Positions 8,213 to 17,704 of a DNA stretch of 64,000 bases are shown here, piece by piece; the stretch's first letter is position 1; every line of letters begins with the position of its first letter. The notes under the pieces were generated by a model that searched no databases, was not told where the DNA came from, and worked only from the letters and a program-made list of their open reading frames with translations. A program made the translations under genes and the position numbers. Origin of the DNA: Patescibacteria group bacterium (GTDB taxonomy: Bacteria > Patescibacteriota > JABMPQ01 > JAQVVF01); the NCBI GenBank assembly GCA_041662665.1, contig JBAZSC010000001.1, positions 129,511 to 193,510 on the forward strand, in the 5' to 3' direction.

Positions 8213-8285
8213 AAAAAGAACAGCTGCTTACGTTTACGGAACTTTGCGCAAAACTGGTTGGTCACCAAAAAGAAAGAAGAAATAA
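8154..8285 (+). CDS. possible very basic 43-aa peptide overlapping the 3' end of the LTD gene in another frame
   Basis: MPKALERKLKKQAKKKGLGKKRTAAYVYGTLRKTGWSPKRKKK. No SD. Could be a chance ORF in an A-rich sequence. Confidence 0.2.
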   Translation: MPKALERKLKKQAKKKGLGKKRTAAYVYGTLRKTGWSPKRKKK

Positions 8286-8356
8286 TTGACAAAATTTGAT
8301 TCAAAGATTATATTTATTAATCAGCACTTTTTACAACCCAAGGAGGGAAAAGAAAA

Positions 8357-8704
8357 ATGAAAAACACAATCAACATTGTGCTTGGATATTTTGCAATGTT
8401 TCTTGTTGTTGTCATTTATATTCTTTGCTTCATTATTTTTTATCGGCTGATTAACGTAAATCTTTTTTCAGAAATATTGTTGTTTATCCCAATGCTTATT
8501 GTCTTCTCAATCCTTTTCATCATTTTTGTAATTATCATCGGAGTTCCTGTTATTCTATTCTATTACTACTTTGTCAAGAAATGTGATCTATGCAACAAAA
8601 GAGGTTTCGTTTTTGCCTTTGAAACATCAGATTCAGAAGTTCCATTCTCTGATCCTTATCTTTGTTATAGATGTCGAAGTTTGCGAAAACAATTGAGAGC
8701 CTAG
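8357..8704 (+). CDS. small polytopic membrane protein with a C-terminal CxxC...CxxC zinc ribbon
   Basis: SD AAGGAGGG upstream. Two hydrophobic helices, then CDLCNKRGFV...CYRCRSL. Confidence 0.5.
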   Translation: MKNTINIVLGYFAMFLVVVIYILCFIIFYRLINVNLFSEILLFIPMLIVFSILFIIFVIIIGVPVILFYYYFVKKCDLCNKRGFVFAFETSDSEVPFSDPYLCYRCRSLRKQLRA

Positions 8705-8717
8705 AGAGGAGGAGAAA

Positions 8718-9113
8718 ATGGGCAAGAGAGCAGAAATACTGTTTATTACATCTGTTTTCTCATTTTCAGCAGCTTACGCGGTTTGTCTGATCTGCAATCT
8801 CAAAGATTTGTTACTCATTCTCCATGACAAACCTAATCTATCAATCACAGTATTTTTTCTTTTTATGCTCTTCCTTGGAATTGGTTTACTTTATCTCTCG
8901 ATCTTAGTATTTACAAATACTTTTCTAAAAAGATGCAATTGTTGCAAAGGTCGCGGATTAGTAAAAAGAGTCATTCTTGCTAGTCAATGTTTAGAACATC
9001 ATGAAAGAGAATACAACCTTTGTTCTAAATGTCGTAATGAAGAATCCTGGCGTCATAATGAAGAGTTTATCTTTGTAAAAGATCATTCGGTCATTCATGT
9101 TTCTTTGATCTAA
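8718..9113 (+). CDS. paralog of the preceding membrane + zinc-ribbon protein
   Basis: SD AGAGGAGGAG upstream. Same architecture, ending in CNCCKGRGLV...CSKCRNE. Confidence 0.5.
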   Translation: MGKRAEILFITSVFSFSAAYAVCLICNLKDLLLILHDKPNLSITVFFLFMLFLGIGLLYLSILVFTNTFLKRCNCCKGRGLVKRVILASQCLEHHEREYNLCSKCRNEESWRHNEEFIFVKDHSVIHVSLI

Positions 9114-9146
9114 CCCAATTTTGTTGGGTTTTTTTATTGTTTAAAT
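9113..9146 (+). terminator. rho-independent terminator CCCAAttttgTTGGG + T7
   Basis: Hairpin immediately after the stop codon at 9113, followed by a T-run. Confidence 0.6.
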
Positions 9147-9221
9147 TATTTTTTTGTTTTATTGTTAAATTATAGAAATAAATTTAGCATTTAGTTATTT
9201 ATAATTTAAAATTTAGCAACT

Positions 9222-10376
9222 ATGCCAGACGTATTTAAAGAAGTGAGCCATCAAGGCTATGGATCAAGAGTCATGGGATCATTTGGTGGAATTTTAATCG
9301 GAATTATTTTATTCTTTGCCTCATTTATTGTCCTTTATTGGAATGAAGGAAGGGTAGATATTTCTCAAATTGCCAAAAAATCAGTTGAAGTCCAATCTAG
9401 CAAAGTTGATGCAAGTTTAGATCAAAAATTAATTTCAGTTACTGGTCCAATTACTTCTTCAGAAAAATTAAGCGACAAATTATTTTTAAATGAATCAGAT
9501 TACATTGCAATTTATCGAAAATCTGAAATGTATGCGTGGACCGAAAAAACAGATACAGACACAACAACCCAAACAGGCGGATCACAGACAACTGAAACAA
9601 CTTATACCTATGACACTGCTTGGACTTCAAGTCCAGAAAAATCTTCTAGCTTTAAACATCCAGAAGGCCATCAAAATCCAAACCAATCAATAACAAGTGA
9701 AACTTTCAAAGTTAATAATTCTAATTTAGAAGAATATAAATTAGACATGGCAAATTTAAAACTTGATACAAGTTTATTAGTTAGCGCCAAAAAATTGCAA
9801 TTAGATTCAGAAAATACAACTTTAACTGAAGCAAACAAAATAGTTGAAAATTATTATGTTTATCAGGGAGCTGGAAATATTTCTAATCCTCAAGTTGGCG
9901 ATCAAAAAATCAGCTATTATGTTTTACCGCAAAAAGAAATAATTACAGTATTTGGAAAATTAGACAGCGGAAAAATTACAACTTTCACTGATGAAAAAGA
10001 TAACACTTTATTCCGCATCTTTTTAGGCGATAGAGCAACTGCAATTTCCACAATGAAAACAGAATATACAGTCATGACTTGGATTTTAAGACTAGTTGGC
10101 TTCTTGATGATGTGGATCGGTCTATCAGCAATGTTTGGTCCAATCAGTGTTGTCTTAGATTTCTTGCCATTCTTAGGATCTGCTAGTCGAGGAATTATTG
10201 GCTTTATTACATTTATCGTTGCCTTAGCTTTATCAGTTTTGACAATTTTAATTTCCATGATCATTCATAATATTGTCGCCTTAATTATAATTTTAGCAAT
10301 TATCGTAATTTCTGCTATTATCATTACTGCAATATTTATGAAAAAGAAAAAAGGTGCAAAACCAGCAAGCGCATAA
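9222..10376 (+). CDS. hypothetical membrane protein (N-terminal TM, extracellular domain, C-terminal TM cluster)
   Basis: 384 aa with hydrophobic segments at both ends. No recognised catalytic motif. Confidence 0.5.
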   Translation: MPDVFKEVSHQGYGSRVMGSFGGILIGIILFFASFIVLYWNEGRVDISQIAKKSVEVQSSKVDASLDQKLISVTGPITSSEKLSDKLFLNESDYIAIYRKSEMYAWTEKTDTDTTTQTGGSQTTETTYTYDTAWTSSPEKSSSFKHPEGHQNPNQSITSETFKVNNSNLEEYKLDMANLKLDTSLLVSAKKLQLDSENTTLTEANKIVENYYVYQGAGNISNPQVGDQKISYYVLPQKEIITVFGKLDSGKITTFTDEKDNTLFRIFLGDRATAISTMKTEYTVMTWILRLVGFLMMWIGLSAMFGPISVVLDFLPFLGSASRGIIGFITFIVALALSVLTILISMIIHNIVALIIILAIIVISAIIITAIFMKKKKGAKPASA

Positions 10377-10488
10377 TAATCAATAAATTTTAACGAATTT
10401 TAAAACGGCCAGAAATGGTCGTTTTAATTTAATTAAAATTTTAAGCTACAAAAAAAATCCGTCAAAACGGATTACAAAGTACAAATAA

Positions 10489-10722
10489 TCAATGTGTTTT
10501 AGCGCGAATGAGTTTCGGATCAAAAGTGATTTCATCTTGACGCACATCATGATTGACATCGCCACTTGGCAAACGAACAGCATAATGCTTTTCGCGATTA
10601 GCATCCATCCAATCACTGACAATAGTCACAATCTTGCCAGCATACAAACCAACAATAGCATTACCAGACAATTCTCGATCAAGAAAGCGATCAAATGATT
10701 CAGGAATCAGGTGTCCACACAT
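10489..10722 (-). CDS. small hypothetical protein (77 aa)
   Basis: Minus-strand ORF with an upstream AGGAGGAA SD and a downstream hairpin terminator (10449-10478). Locally GC-richer. The overlapping plus-strand ORF was judged spurious. Confidence 0.45.
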   Translation of the reverse strand: MCGHLIPESFDRFLDRELSGNAIVGLYAGKIVTIVSDWMDANREKHYAVRLPSGDVNHDVRQDEITFDPKLIRAKTH

Positions 10723-10800
10723 TTCCTTTTCCTCCTTCTTCTTGGTCCTCTCGCTCGATACCTTATCAAGACTATAACACTAAAAACTAATAAGTCAAGA

Positions 10801-13410
10801 TTATTTTTTTTGTCTCAAATCAATCACATCAGCTCTATCATTAACATCTTTTGCAGGATTTGGTTTAACAACATTTTGTTCTTTTTTGACAGTTTCTTTA
10901 ACCTTTTTATGAATCTCTTTTTTCAATCCAGAAAATATAAAAATATTAATAATCACAATACTAAACATTACAAGATATGGCACAGCTTCAGTTGAAATCA
11001 ACCTCTTGCCAAAAATCATGCTTGCTGCTTTTATTTTTTCATGTGATTTATTAAAATTATCATTTAATCTTTGCCAAAGACTATTTGCTTTTGGCATCAC
11101 TTCAATTTCTTTTGTTCTAGCGCTTTCATTACCACTTAAATCAACAGCCGAAATTGATACAAAATATTTATAATTATTTTCCAAATTTTCTAATATATAA
11201 ACATTTTTTTCAGGCTTTATTTCAATTGCATTATAAAAACTTTTTTCTTGTTTGTAATATAATTTATAAAAAGCTAAATCTTTTTCGCTATTTTTTGTCC
11301 AGCTTATTTCAATTTTTGCATCGCTAGATAAAATAATAGGTTCGCTTGGAATTTTTGGCGGAATTGTATCAATTGTATTTGTTGAAACTGCATTAGAAAT
11401 TAATGACGGATTTTTTTCTTCATCAACTGCTTTTATTGCAAAATAATATTTAGTTCCAGGAGTTAAGGATTTTAATTGTATTTCTTGCAATGATGGAGGA
11501 ATTAAGGGTTCAGGATATAATTTGTATTGTGTTGCAGAATAAAAACTATCTTCATCAATTAAATTTTCAGAATATCTAATATCATAATAATTTGCCAAAC
11601 CTTGATCATAATCATCGCCAGAAGCAGTCCATTCTAGATTGATTGTTGTATCAGTTGGATTCAAAGCTTTCAAATCTTTTATTGTATTAGGAAATGAATA
11701 ATCATTTGGTGTTGCCACAACTTGCGGTTCTAAATTTTCTTCATCAACATCATCATTGATCAGAGCATCCCAAGTCAATGGCAAAATAGTTATATAATAT
11801 TCTTCATTATTTTCTAAATTTGGAATCAGCATTTCTGTTTTTCCAAAAACGCTCAAAAATCTTTGCTCTCCGCCTTGTTTTTTGAATAAAACTTTATAGC
11901 CTTTAAAATCTTTATTAATCGGCGCTTCCCAAGATAAATTTATTTCTGAATCTTTTGGCTCAACATTAATATTATAAACTGAATCAACTTCTAATCGTTT
12001 AATATTTTTTAGCGGCGTAAAATTTCCTTGATCTTCATTTCCTAATCTCCAAATTGCAACTCCGGCAATTCCCAATTTTTTAATCACATTTATTTTTTCA
12101 GTAATGCTTCTTTCATTTTCAAAATAAACAGTATGCGGATTGTCTTTGTCATCTGTGTAATAAAACCAAGGGCATTTTGCATCATCATCCCATTCTATTT
12201 CAATATTATTTTCATCTAAAATATTTTTTACTCCATCATAAACCAAGCCTCTATTTTCGCACATTCCTTCAGTGCACCAGTCATAAGCATAAAAAGGCAA
12301 ACCAGCAATTATCTTTGTAGAATCAACTTTGCTTTGCGCATAAGTCAAAGCCCTAACCATCCATTTGATCGGCGCAATAGGTCCAGGTTGAGTATTCGCT
12401 CTGGCATGATCATAAGTCATAATCCTAATTTGATCAGCATTTTTGCCTAATTCTTCAAAGTCATAGGCTTGCGTCCAAGATTCATCATCAGATTGTTTTG
12501 CTTGCAAAGTTACTGATAAAATTTTGTTAATTTGATGCAATTCTTTTGCCAAGACTTTAATATATTGGCTAAAATCTTCTCTTGCTTTGTTATCTAAATT
12601 TTCATAATCAATATCAATGCCATCGTAATTATTTTCTTTAACTTCCGAAATTATCATCTCAATATTCTTTTTTCTTTTTCGCCAATCCATTACAACATTT
12701 GTACCTTTGGAATTATCATCAAAATTATTCGTAATTGTTGGAATATTTTTTTTGCCTGAATCATTTAATTTATTTATCAAATCATCATCCAAAACATCGC
12801 CATGTTTTTTTATCGTTCCATCTGGTTCAAGAGAATAAATAAAAGGCGATAGAGAAGTGAAGACTTCAAAATTATTATTAACTGTATTTTTTTGATCTGG
12901 CACATCAATTAATGGCATCCAGCCAATGACTTCAAATCCACTGTTTTCAGAACTATTTGGCGCAATTCCAATTTCTTTTGTTGCCTTGCTTTTATTTCCT
13001 GACCGATCAATTGCTTCTATGCTTACAAAATAAAATGCATTTGTTAAATCCTTAATTTGATAAGATGTTACATCAGGATTTACAGCAACAGGATCGCTGT
13101 CTTGTTTTTCTACTGAAGTTCTTAGATTAATTAAATATTTATCAACCTCATCTTCTTTGACATTTTGTTTCCAATTTAATTCCAAAGTATTGTCCAAAGC
13201 TTTGACACTAAATCCTTGTGGAATATGGGGCGGGTTCGTGTCATTCTTATTTGCAGAACCTAAATCAGCAGTATTAGAGTTTTTATTCGTCGTATTAGAG
13301 CTAGTATTAGAGAAAGCATTAGTCTGCAACACGAAAAAGACCTGAAATATCATTAGGACTAATACAAAACTGCAGATTATTTTTTGGTTTTTGAATTTTT
13401 TCATCTGCAA
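10801..13410 (-). CDS. secreted, membrane-anchored glycoside hydrolase family 18 (chitinase-like) protein with fibronectin-III-like repeats
   Basis: N-terminal signal peptide. YDGIDIDYENL matches the GH18 catalytic DGxDxDxE motif. Several FN3-like segments and a C-terminal TM helix (LVMFSIVIINIFIFSGL). Confidence 0.7.
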   Translation of the reverse strand: MQMKKFKNQKIICSFVLVLMIFQVFFVLQTNAFSNTSSNTTNKNSNTADLGSANKNDTNPPHIPQGFSVKALDNTLELNWKQNVKEDEVDKYLINLRTSVEKQDSDPVAVNPDVTSYQIKDLTNAFYFVSIEAIDRSGNKSKATKEIGIAPNSSENSGFEVIGWMPLIDVPDQKNTVNNNFEVFTSLSPFIYSLEPDGTIKKHGDVLDDDLINKLNDSGKKNIPTITNNFDDNSKGTNVVMDWRKRKKNIEMIISEVKENNYDGIDIDYENLDNKAREDFSQYIKVLAKELHQINKILSVTLQAKQSDDESWTQAYDFEELGKNADQIRIMTYDHARANTQPGPIAPIKWMVRALTYAQSKVDSTKIIAGLPFYAYDWCTEGMCENRGLVYDGVKNILDENNIEIEWDDDAKCPWFYYTDDKDNPHTVYFENERSITEKINVIKKLGIAGVAIWRLGNEDQGNFTPLKNIKRLEVDSVYNINVEPKDSEINLSWEAPINKDFKGYKVLFKKQGGEQRFLSVFGKTEMLIPNLENNEEYYITILPLTWDALINDDVDEENLEPQVVATPNDYSFPNTIKDLKALNPTDTTINLEWTASGDDYDQGLANYYDIRYSENLIDEDSFYSATQYKLYPEPLIPPSLQEIQLKSLTPGTKYYFAIKAVDEEKNPSLISNAVSTNTIDTIPPKIPSEPIILSSDAKIEISWTKNSEKDLAFYKLYYKQEKSFYNAIEIKPEKNVYILENLENNYKYFVSISAVDLSGNESARTKEIEVMPKANSLWQRLNDNFNKSHEKIKAASMIFGKRLISTEAVPYLVMFSIVIINIFIFSGLKKEIHKKVKETVKKEQNVVKPNPAKDVNDRADVIDLRQKK

Positions 13411-13588
13411 TCTTAGTATAGCAGAAAACAGAAAATAGAAAAAGTTATCATTTAAAGTTAATAGTCAATTGTTAATTGTTAAATGTTAGAAAACAAGTTA
13501 TCAACTGTTCAAGTAATTGTTCAAATTAACATTTTTTGCTATACTATACTTAATTAGAAATATTTATAAAAACAAAAAACAATTTATC

Positions 13589-14347
13589 ATGAAAAACTTT
13601 AAACCATTAGGGGAAATTTTTAGTTCAGCTTGGAAACAATTTGAAAAAAATTGGGGTAATTATGTTGGTCTATCAGCAATTTTCACTGTTGCTCAATTTG
13701 TGATTATTTTTGTCGTTGTTTTTTCAATGGTCTTCTTGCAACTAGCCGGTATTTTCGGAAGTATTCCATTAATGATCAATCAAGATTCAACAACAGCTGG
13801 TTTTGGCGGAATGATAATGATCATAACAGTTATCACAACATCTCTGCTCTTATTCATTGCTGTCTTCGGCCTAAGTTTTCTTATCAATGCTTGGTTGATG
13901 AGAACAATGATTACCCTTATTGCTAAAAAACAATCTGGCAGTTTAGATTTTGTTCAATTCATTAAATCTTGCTGGCCAAAAGTTTGGCGAGTATTTTTTG
14001 CTATGATTTTAATGATGCTAATTATTTTTGTAGGTTTCATTTGTTTTATTATTCCAGGTATTATTTTTGGTCTCTGGCTTTCTCAAGTCTTATTCCTAAT
14101 AATTTTAGAAGATTTATCAATTAGCGATGCCTTCAAAAAATCTAAAGAATTAGTTTCAGGCCACATAGGTACAGTCTTTCTCTATAATTTCGTTTTTATG
14201 TTAGTAATGGAAGTTGGGCTAATGGCAATTAATATAATCCCATTTTTAGGAACTTTAGCCATGCCTGTATTGAGCATTGTCATGATTCCTTTAATGACAA
14301 TTTTTCAATATCATATATTTTTAGAACTTAAAAAACTTAATGGTTAA
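13589..14347 (+). CDS. hypothetical polytopic membrane protein
   Basis: The track ORF starts at 13517 over promoter-like sequence, so the internal Met at 13589 (MKNFKPLGEIF) is more plausible. Six or more hydrophobic helices. Confidence 0.45.
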   Translation: MKNFKPLGEIFSSAWKQFEKNWGNYVGLSAIFTVAQFVIIFVVVFSMVFLQLAGIFGSIPLMINQDSTTAGFGGMIMIITVITTSLLLFIAVFGLSFLINAWLMRTMITLIAKKQSGSLDFVQFIKSCWPKVWRVFFAMILMMLIIFVGFICFIIPGIIFGLWLSQVLFLIILEDLSISDAFKKSKELVSGHIGTVFLYNFVFMLVMEVGLMAINIIPFLGTLAMPVLSIVMIPLMTIFQYHIFLELKKLNG

Positions 14348-14458
14348 ATTGCTGAACTGTTAAATTGTTAACTGCCAAATTGTTTAACCATTAAGCAATT
14401 TAGCAATCGAACAATTTAGCAATTAAGCAATTTAGCAATAATTAATTTAATTTAAAAT

Positions 14459-17400
14459 ATGCCTCAAACGCAAAAAACTGAAGTAAAAACAAGAAGTCGA
14501 ACCAGTCAAATTACTGGTGTCGTTGCAGCTGTTGTTGCAGCAATTGGTATCGGCGCCCTTATCTATTTTGCCGTTGTCAACTACAACACAAAAATAACAA
14601 CACAAACAGAATTTTCTGTTTTTGAACAAGAGTATCAGCCAAATGTTGAGCCAGTTTCTGCAATTGTAACTGATCAAAATCAACTCGCTGATGCACAAAC
14701 AAAATTGGATGCAATTAAAGGTGTTGTTACTCCTGTAATTGAACAACAAGCTCAAGATACCGGCACAACTCCTGGACAGATAATTGATGTTACCCAAAAA
14801 GATGCAATGATTGAATCTCTTTCTGACCAAGTTGTTTCCGAAACCGCAACAGAAATTAAAGATGAAGTTAACATTTTAATCGGCAAAGACGAGCTCGATT
14901 TTTCTCAAGCACAGGCTGCTGAAGATTATACGATGATAAAAGTATTTGGTGATCTGACTAACGCAACAGGCGGTACAGATACAACTAGTTCAGGTGTAAC
15001 CTTAACAGATGCTCAAAAGAATACACTTGATACAATTGCTGAAAATACTTCAACTGATACAACTCAAAAAATTACGGAAGGTTCTACAAAAATTGCTCGA
15101 GAAACTAGTGGCAATGAAAGTGAAATCAATAGCGAACTTACTGCTGAAGTTATCAGTATTTTTGGACAGGCAACTGATTTCACGCTTACTGGAACAAAAG
15201 ATGAATTTGCTGCAGCAGAAGCTCCAGCACCAAACGAAGTAACTCCAGATATCTGGTTTTGTAATTCTGAAAATAATTGTCAGCAATCAGAATATGCTAC
15301 TTTAGATAAATGTAAACTAGAAAAAGGCATAGACAAATGTTTTGAAGGCAACACTTGCGGTGATTGCAAACAAGCAGCTCCAGTAGATGAAAGAGTCCAT
15401 ACTTGCTCTCCTGATAATATTTGTATGCCATCAACTTTGTATCCTACTTTAGCGGATTGTGTGACAGCTATAGGTGCTGACAAATGTTTTGAAGGCAATA
15501 CTTGTGTTTGTCAAGCTACACCAGCAAATGAACCAGCTGCCAGTCAATTTCAATTATATTTTTGTTTAAATGGAAATTGGACATCTGATAGTTTTGGAGG
15601 TAACTCTATAGATGAAGCAAAACAAGTTTGTAGTACTGCCATAGGCAACCAATGCTTTATTGATTCAAGTGATCCAGGTCATGATGCCGCAAAAGAAGCT
15701 TGCAAGCCAGCAGTTGATGAGCCAGTAATCGATGAATCAGCATTTTGTGTTGATAATGCCTGTGTACCTGGCCCAATTAATGTAAAGTGTACTCCTCCAA
15801 ATTGCCCTGAACGTTTTGATAATATGGAAGCATGCAATCTTTCAGATTGCGAGCCAAAGCAAGAATATGTATACTGTGCAGAAACTGGTTGTTTAGCTGA
15901 AAGTTTTAGCAGTCAAGGCGAATGTGAAGCACAGCATATCGGCGCTAATTGCAAATTATCAACACCTGAATCTATACAAGAGTGTAGTGATGCTTGCATC
16001 AAGATGGAGCAAGATCAACAATATTACACTTGCGATAGAGACGTAAATCAATGCAAGGCAGTTCAAAATCTTGATGAATGTGAAGTTAATGGCGGTACCA
16101 AATATTGCACAACGAATAATGATTGTTGCAAAGCAAATGTAATTCCAGTTCAAAAACAATATTACTATTGCGATAAAAATGATAAAACTAATGGTTGTAA
16201 ACAAACAGAACTACTTGACTCCTTAGAAGCCTGTCAAAATGCGCATCCAGATGGTGGCTGTATAGCTGATGTTAAAAAAGCTATTTGCGATGAAACATGC
16301 AAGCCCGATCCAGTTTTAGATGTAATTGAAGACGAATGTCATAATAATTTGCCAAATGATCCTAAATGCTCATTGCAAGTAATTGACAAAATAGAAAATA
16401 AACCAACAGGTGAAATTACAGAATACAAATTATCAGTCACATCTTCAATTATTTATCGAGGTTTAGGCAGAGTTATTATGAAATTCTGGGCCAATCCAAA
16501 CGATCCAGTTAACTTTGAATATACAAAGCAAAAATTAGCTAATGATTTTAAAGACAATAAATTAAGAGTCAGATTTGGCGATAAAAAAGAAGATTTGTCT
16601 GATGTCCTAAAAGTTTACAAAGATCCAAGAAATCCAAACAAATATTATGCTATTGCTTATAAATTAAATATTGATAATCTTTGGCAAAATGATGATGGAA
16701 AATATAATAGCAAAAAATATTTTTATCAAGTCAATGCCGACAATAAAAAATCAGATTTCTTTGATTTCCAATCTTTGCAAAGAGGCGGAGAAGTTCTTTA
16801 TGTCAAAAACAGATTATATAATGGACATTATGATTTAAAAAAATATGGAACTATTGAATTAAATCTAAAAAATAGTGGACAACTTGCCGGCAATATAAAA
16901 ACCTTGAACAACAAATTGAAAAATTTCGAAAATGGCGGTGTTAATTTCTGGACGCAAACTTCAAAAGTTTCTCCTTATGGCTTGAGAACTGCAATGGCTG
17001 GAGATCAAAGATTCAAACAATATTTTAGCATTTTGAAAAATCTGCAAAAGAAAAATGATATTACAAAAGCTGTTCAAGTTCTTTACAATTATCATGATCG
17101 TCTAAAACCTGAAGATATTTATCGTCGTTATGATCAAGGCGGTGTTAATTATTGGGTTAAGCAAGTTAACAATGATAAATTGTCGTTCAGCAGTATGGTT
17201 ACTTATGTCATGCTAGGTACAGATGAGCCAAAAACAAATCTTACACAATTCTGGGGCACAGGAAAATTAGCTACTAGAAAAGCAGAAATCGAATTAGGCT
17301 TTGTTAAATCTTTAAGCCGAGGCATTACTCAAATGTCAGATATTGATCGATTCATGAATTCTTCCAAATATATTTCTTCTGCAAGCATTAGAGCAGATTT

Positions 17401-17653
17401 AAGAAATTCAGATGAATTCAGAAGATTGTTGAATGATGTTTATAAACGTGGTGAAGCATCTGACGCCATATCATTGTTATATATTGCTGATTTAGGAAGA
17501 CCAGTTGATCCAGATGGCCAGCCATTCTATGTCAACAAATTTAATCAACTTAGAAAAGATGGTCTAAACGCTACAGATGCTTTGAATGAAATTGATAAAG
17601 AATTAACGAGTAGTAAAGAATACAAAGATGCAATTGCAAGACCAATAAAGTAA
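14459..17653 (+). CDS. giant membrane-anchored Cys-rich secreted protein with a C-terminal DUF4214-like domain
   Basis: 1064 aa. N-terminal TM. Repeated Cys-rich modules (CFEGNTCGDCKQA / CFEGNTCVCQATPA and others). The C-terminal LLYIADLGRPVDPDGQPFYVNKFNQLRKDGLNATDALNEIDKELTSSKEYKDAI fits the DUF4214 consensus (LY..LGR..D..G..YW..L..G......F..S.EY). Paralogous to the next gene. Confidence 0.6.
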   Translation: MPQTQKTEVKTRSRTSQITGVVAAVVAAIGIGALIYFAVVNYNTKITTQTEFSVFEQEYQPNVEPVSAIVTDQNQLADAQTKLDAIKGVVTPVIEQQAQDTGTTPGQIIDVTQKDAMIESLSDQVVSETATEIKDEVNILIGKDELDFSQAQAAEDYTMIKVFGDLTNATGGTDTTSSGVTLTDAQKNTLDTIAENTSTDTTQKITEGSTKIARETSGNESEINSELTAEVISIFGQATDFTLTGTKDEFAAAEAPAPNEVTPDIWFCNSENNCQQSEYATLDKCKLEKGIDKCFEGNTCGDCKQAAPVDERVHTCSPDNICMPSTLYPTLADCVTAIGADKCFEGNTCVCQATPANEPAASQFQLYFCLNGNWTSDSFGGNSIDEAKQVCSTAIGNQCFIDSSDPGHDAAKEACKPAVDEPVIDESAFCVDNACVPGPINVKCTPPNCPERFDNMEACNLSDCEPKQEYVYCAETGCLAESFSSQGECEAQHIGANCKLSTPESIQECSDACIKMEQDQQYYTCDRDVNQCKAVQNLDECEVNGGTKYCTTNNDCCKANVIPVQKQYYYCDKNDKTNGCKQTELLDSLEACQNAHPDGGCIADVKKAICDETCKPDPVLDVIEDECHNNLPNDPKCSLQVIDKIENKPTGEITEYKLSVTSSIIYRGLGRVIMKFWANPNDPVNFEYTKQKLANDFKDNKLRVRFGDKKEDLSDVLKVYKDPRNPNKYYAIAYKLNIDNLWQNDDGKYNSKKYFYQVNADNKKSDFFDFQSLQRGGEVLYVKNRLYNGHYDLKKYGTIELNLKNSGQLAGNIKTLNNKLKNFENGGVNFWTQTSKVSPYGLRTAMAGDQRFKQYFSILKNLQKKNDITKAVQVLYNYHDRLKPEDIYRRYDQGGVNYWVKQVNNDKLSFSSMVTYVMLGTDEPKTNLTQFWGTGKLATRKAEIELGFVKSLSRGITQMSDIDRFMNSSKYISSASIRADLRNSDEFRRLLNDVYKRGEASDAISLLYIADLGRPVDPDGQPFYVNKFNQLRKDGLNATDALNEIDKELTSSKEYKDAIARPIK

Positions 17654-17663
17654 ATTATAAAAA

Positions 17664-17690
17664 AGGCGAGATCGAAAAAGATCTCGCCTT
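17664..17690. terminator. hairpin AAGGCGAGATC-gaaaaa-GATCTCGCCTT between the two paralogs
   Basis: Perfect 11-bp stem. Weak T tract. Confidence 0.45.
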
Positions 17691-17704
17691 AATATTCCAA
17701 TTAT

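Noticed and set aside
10711-10995. 94-aa plus-strand ORF spanning the gap between the 77-aa gene and the GH18 gene
   Set aside because: It overlaps the 3' end of the minus-strand GH18 gene and the promoter/SD region of the 10489-10722 gene. It has no SD and its translation is low-complexity.
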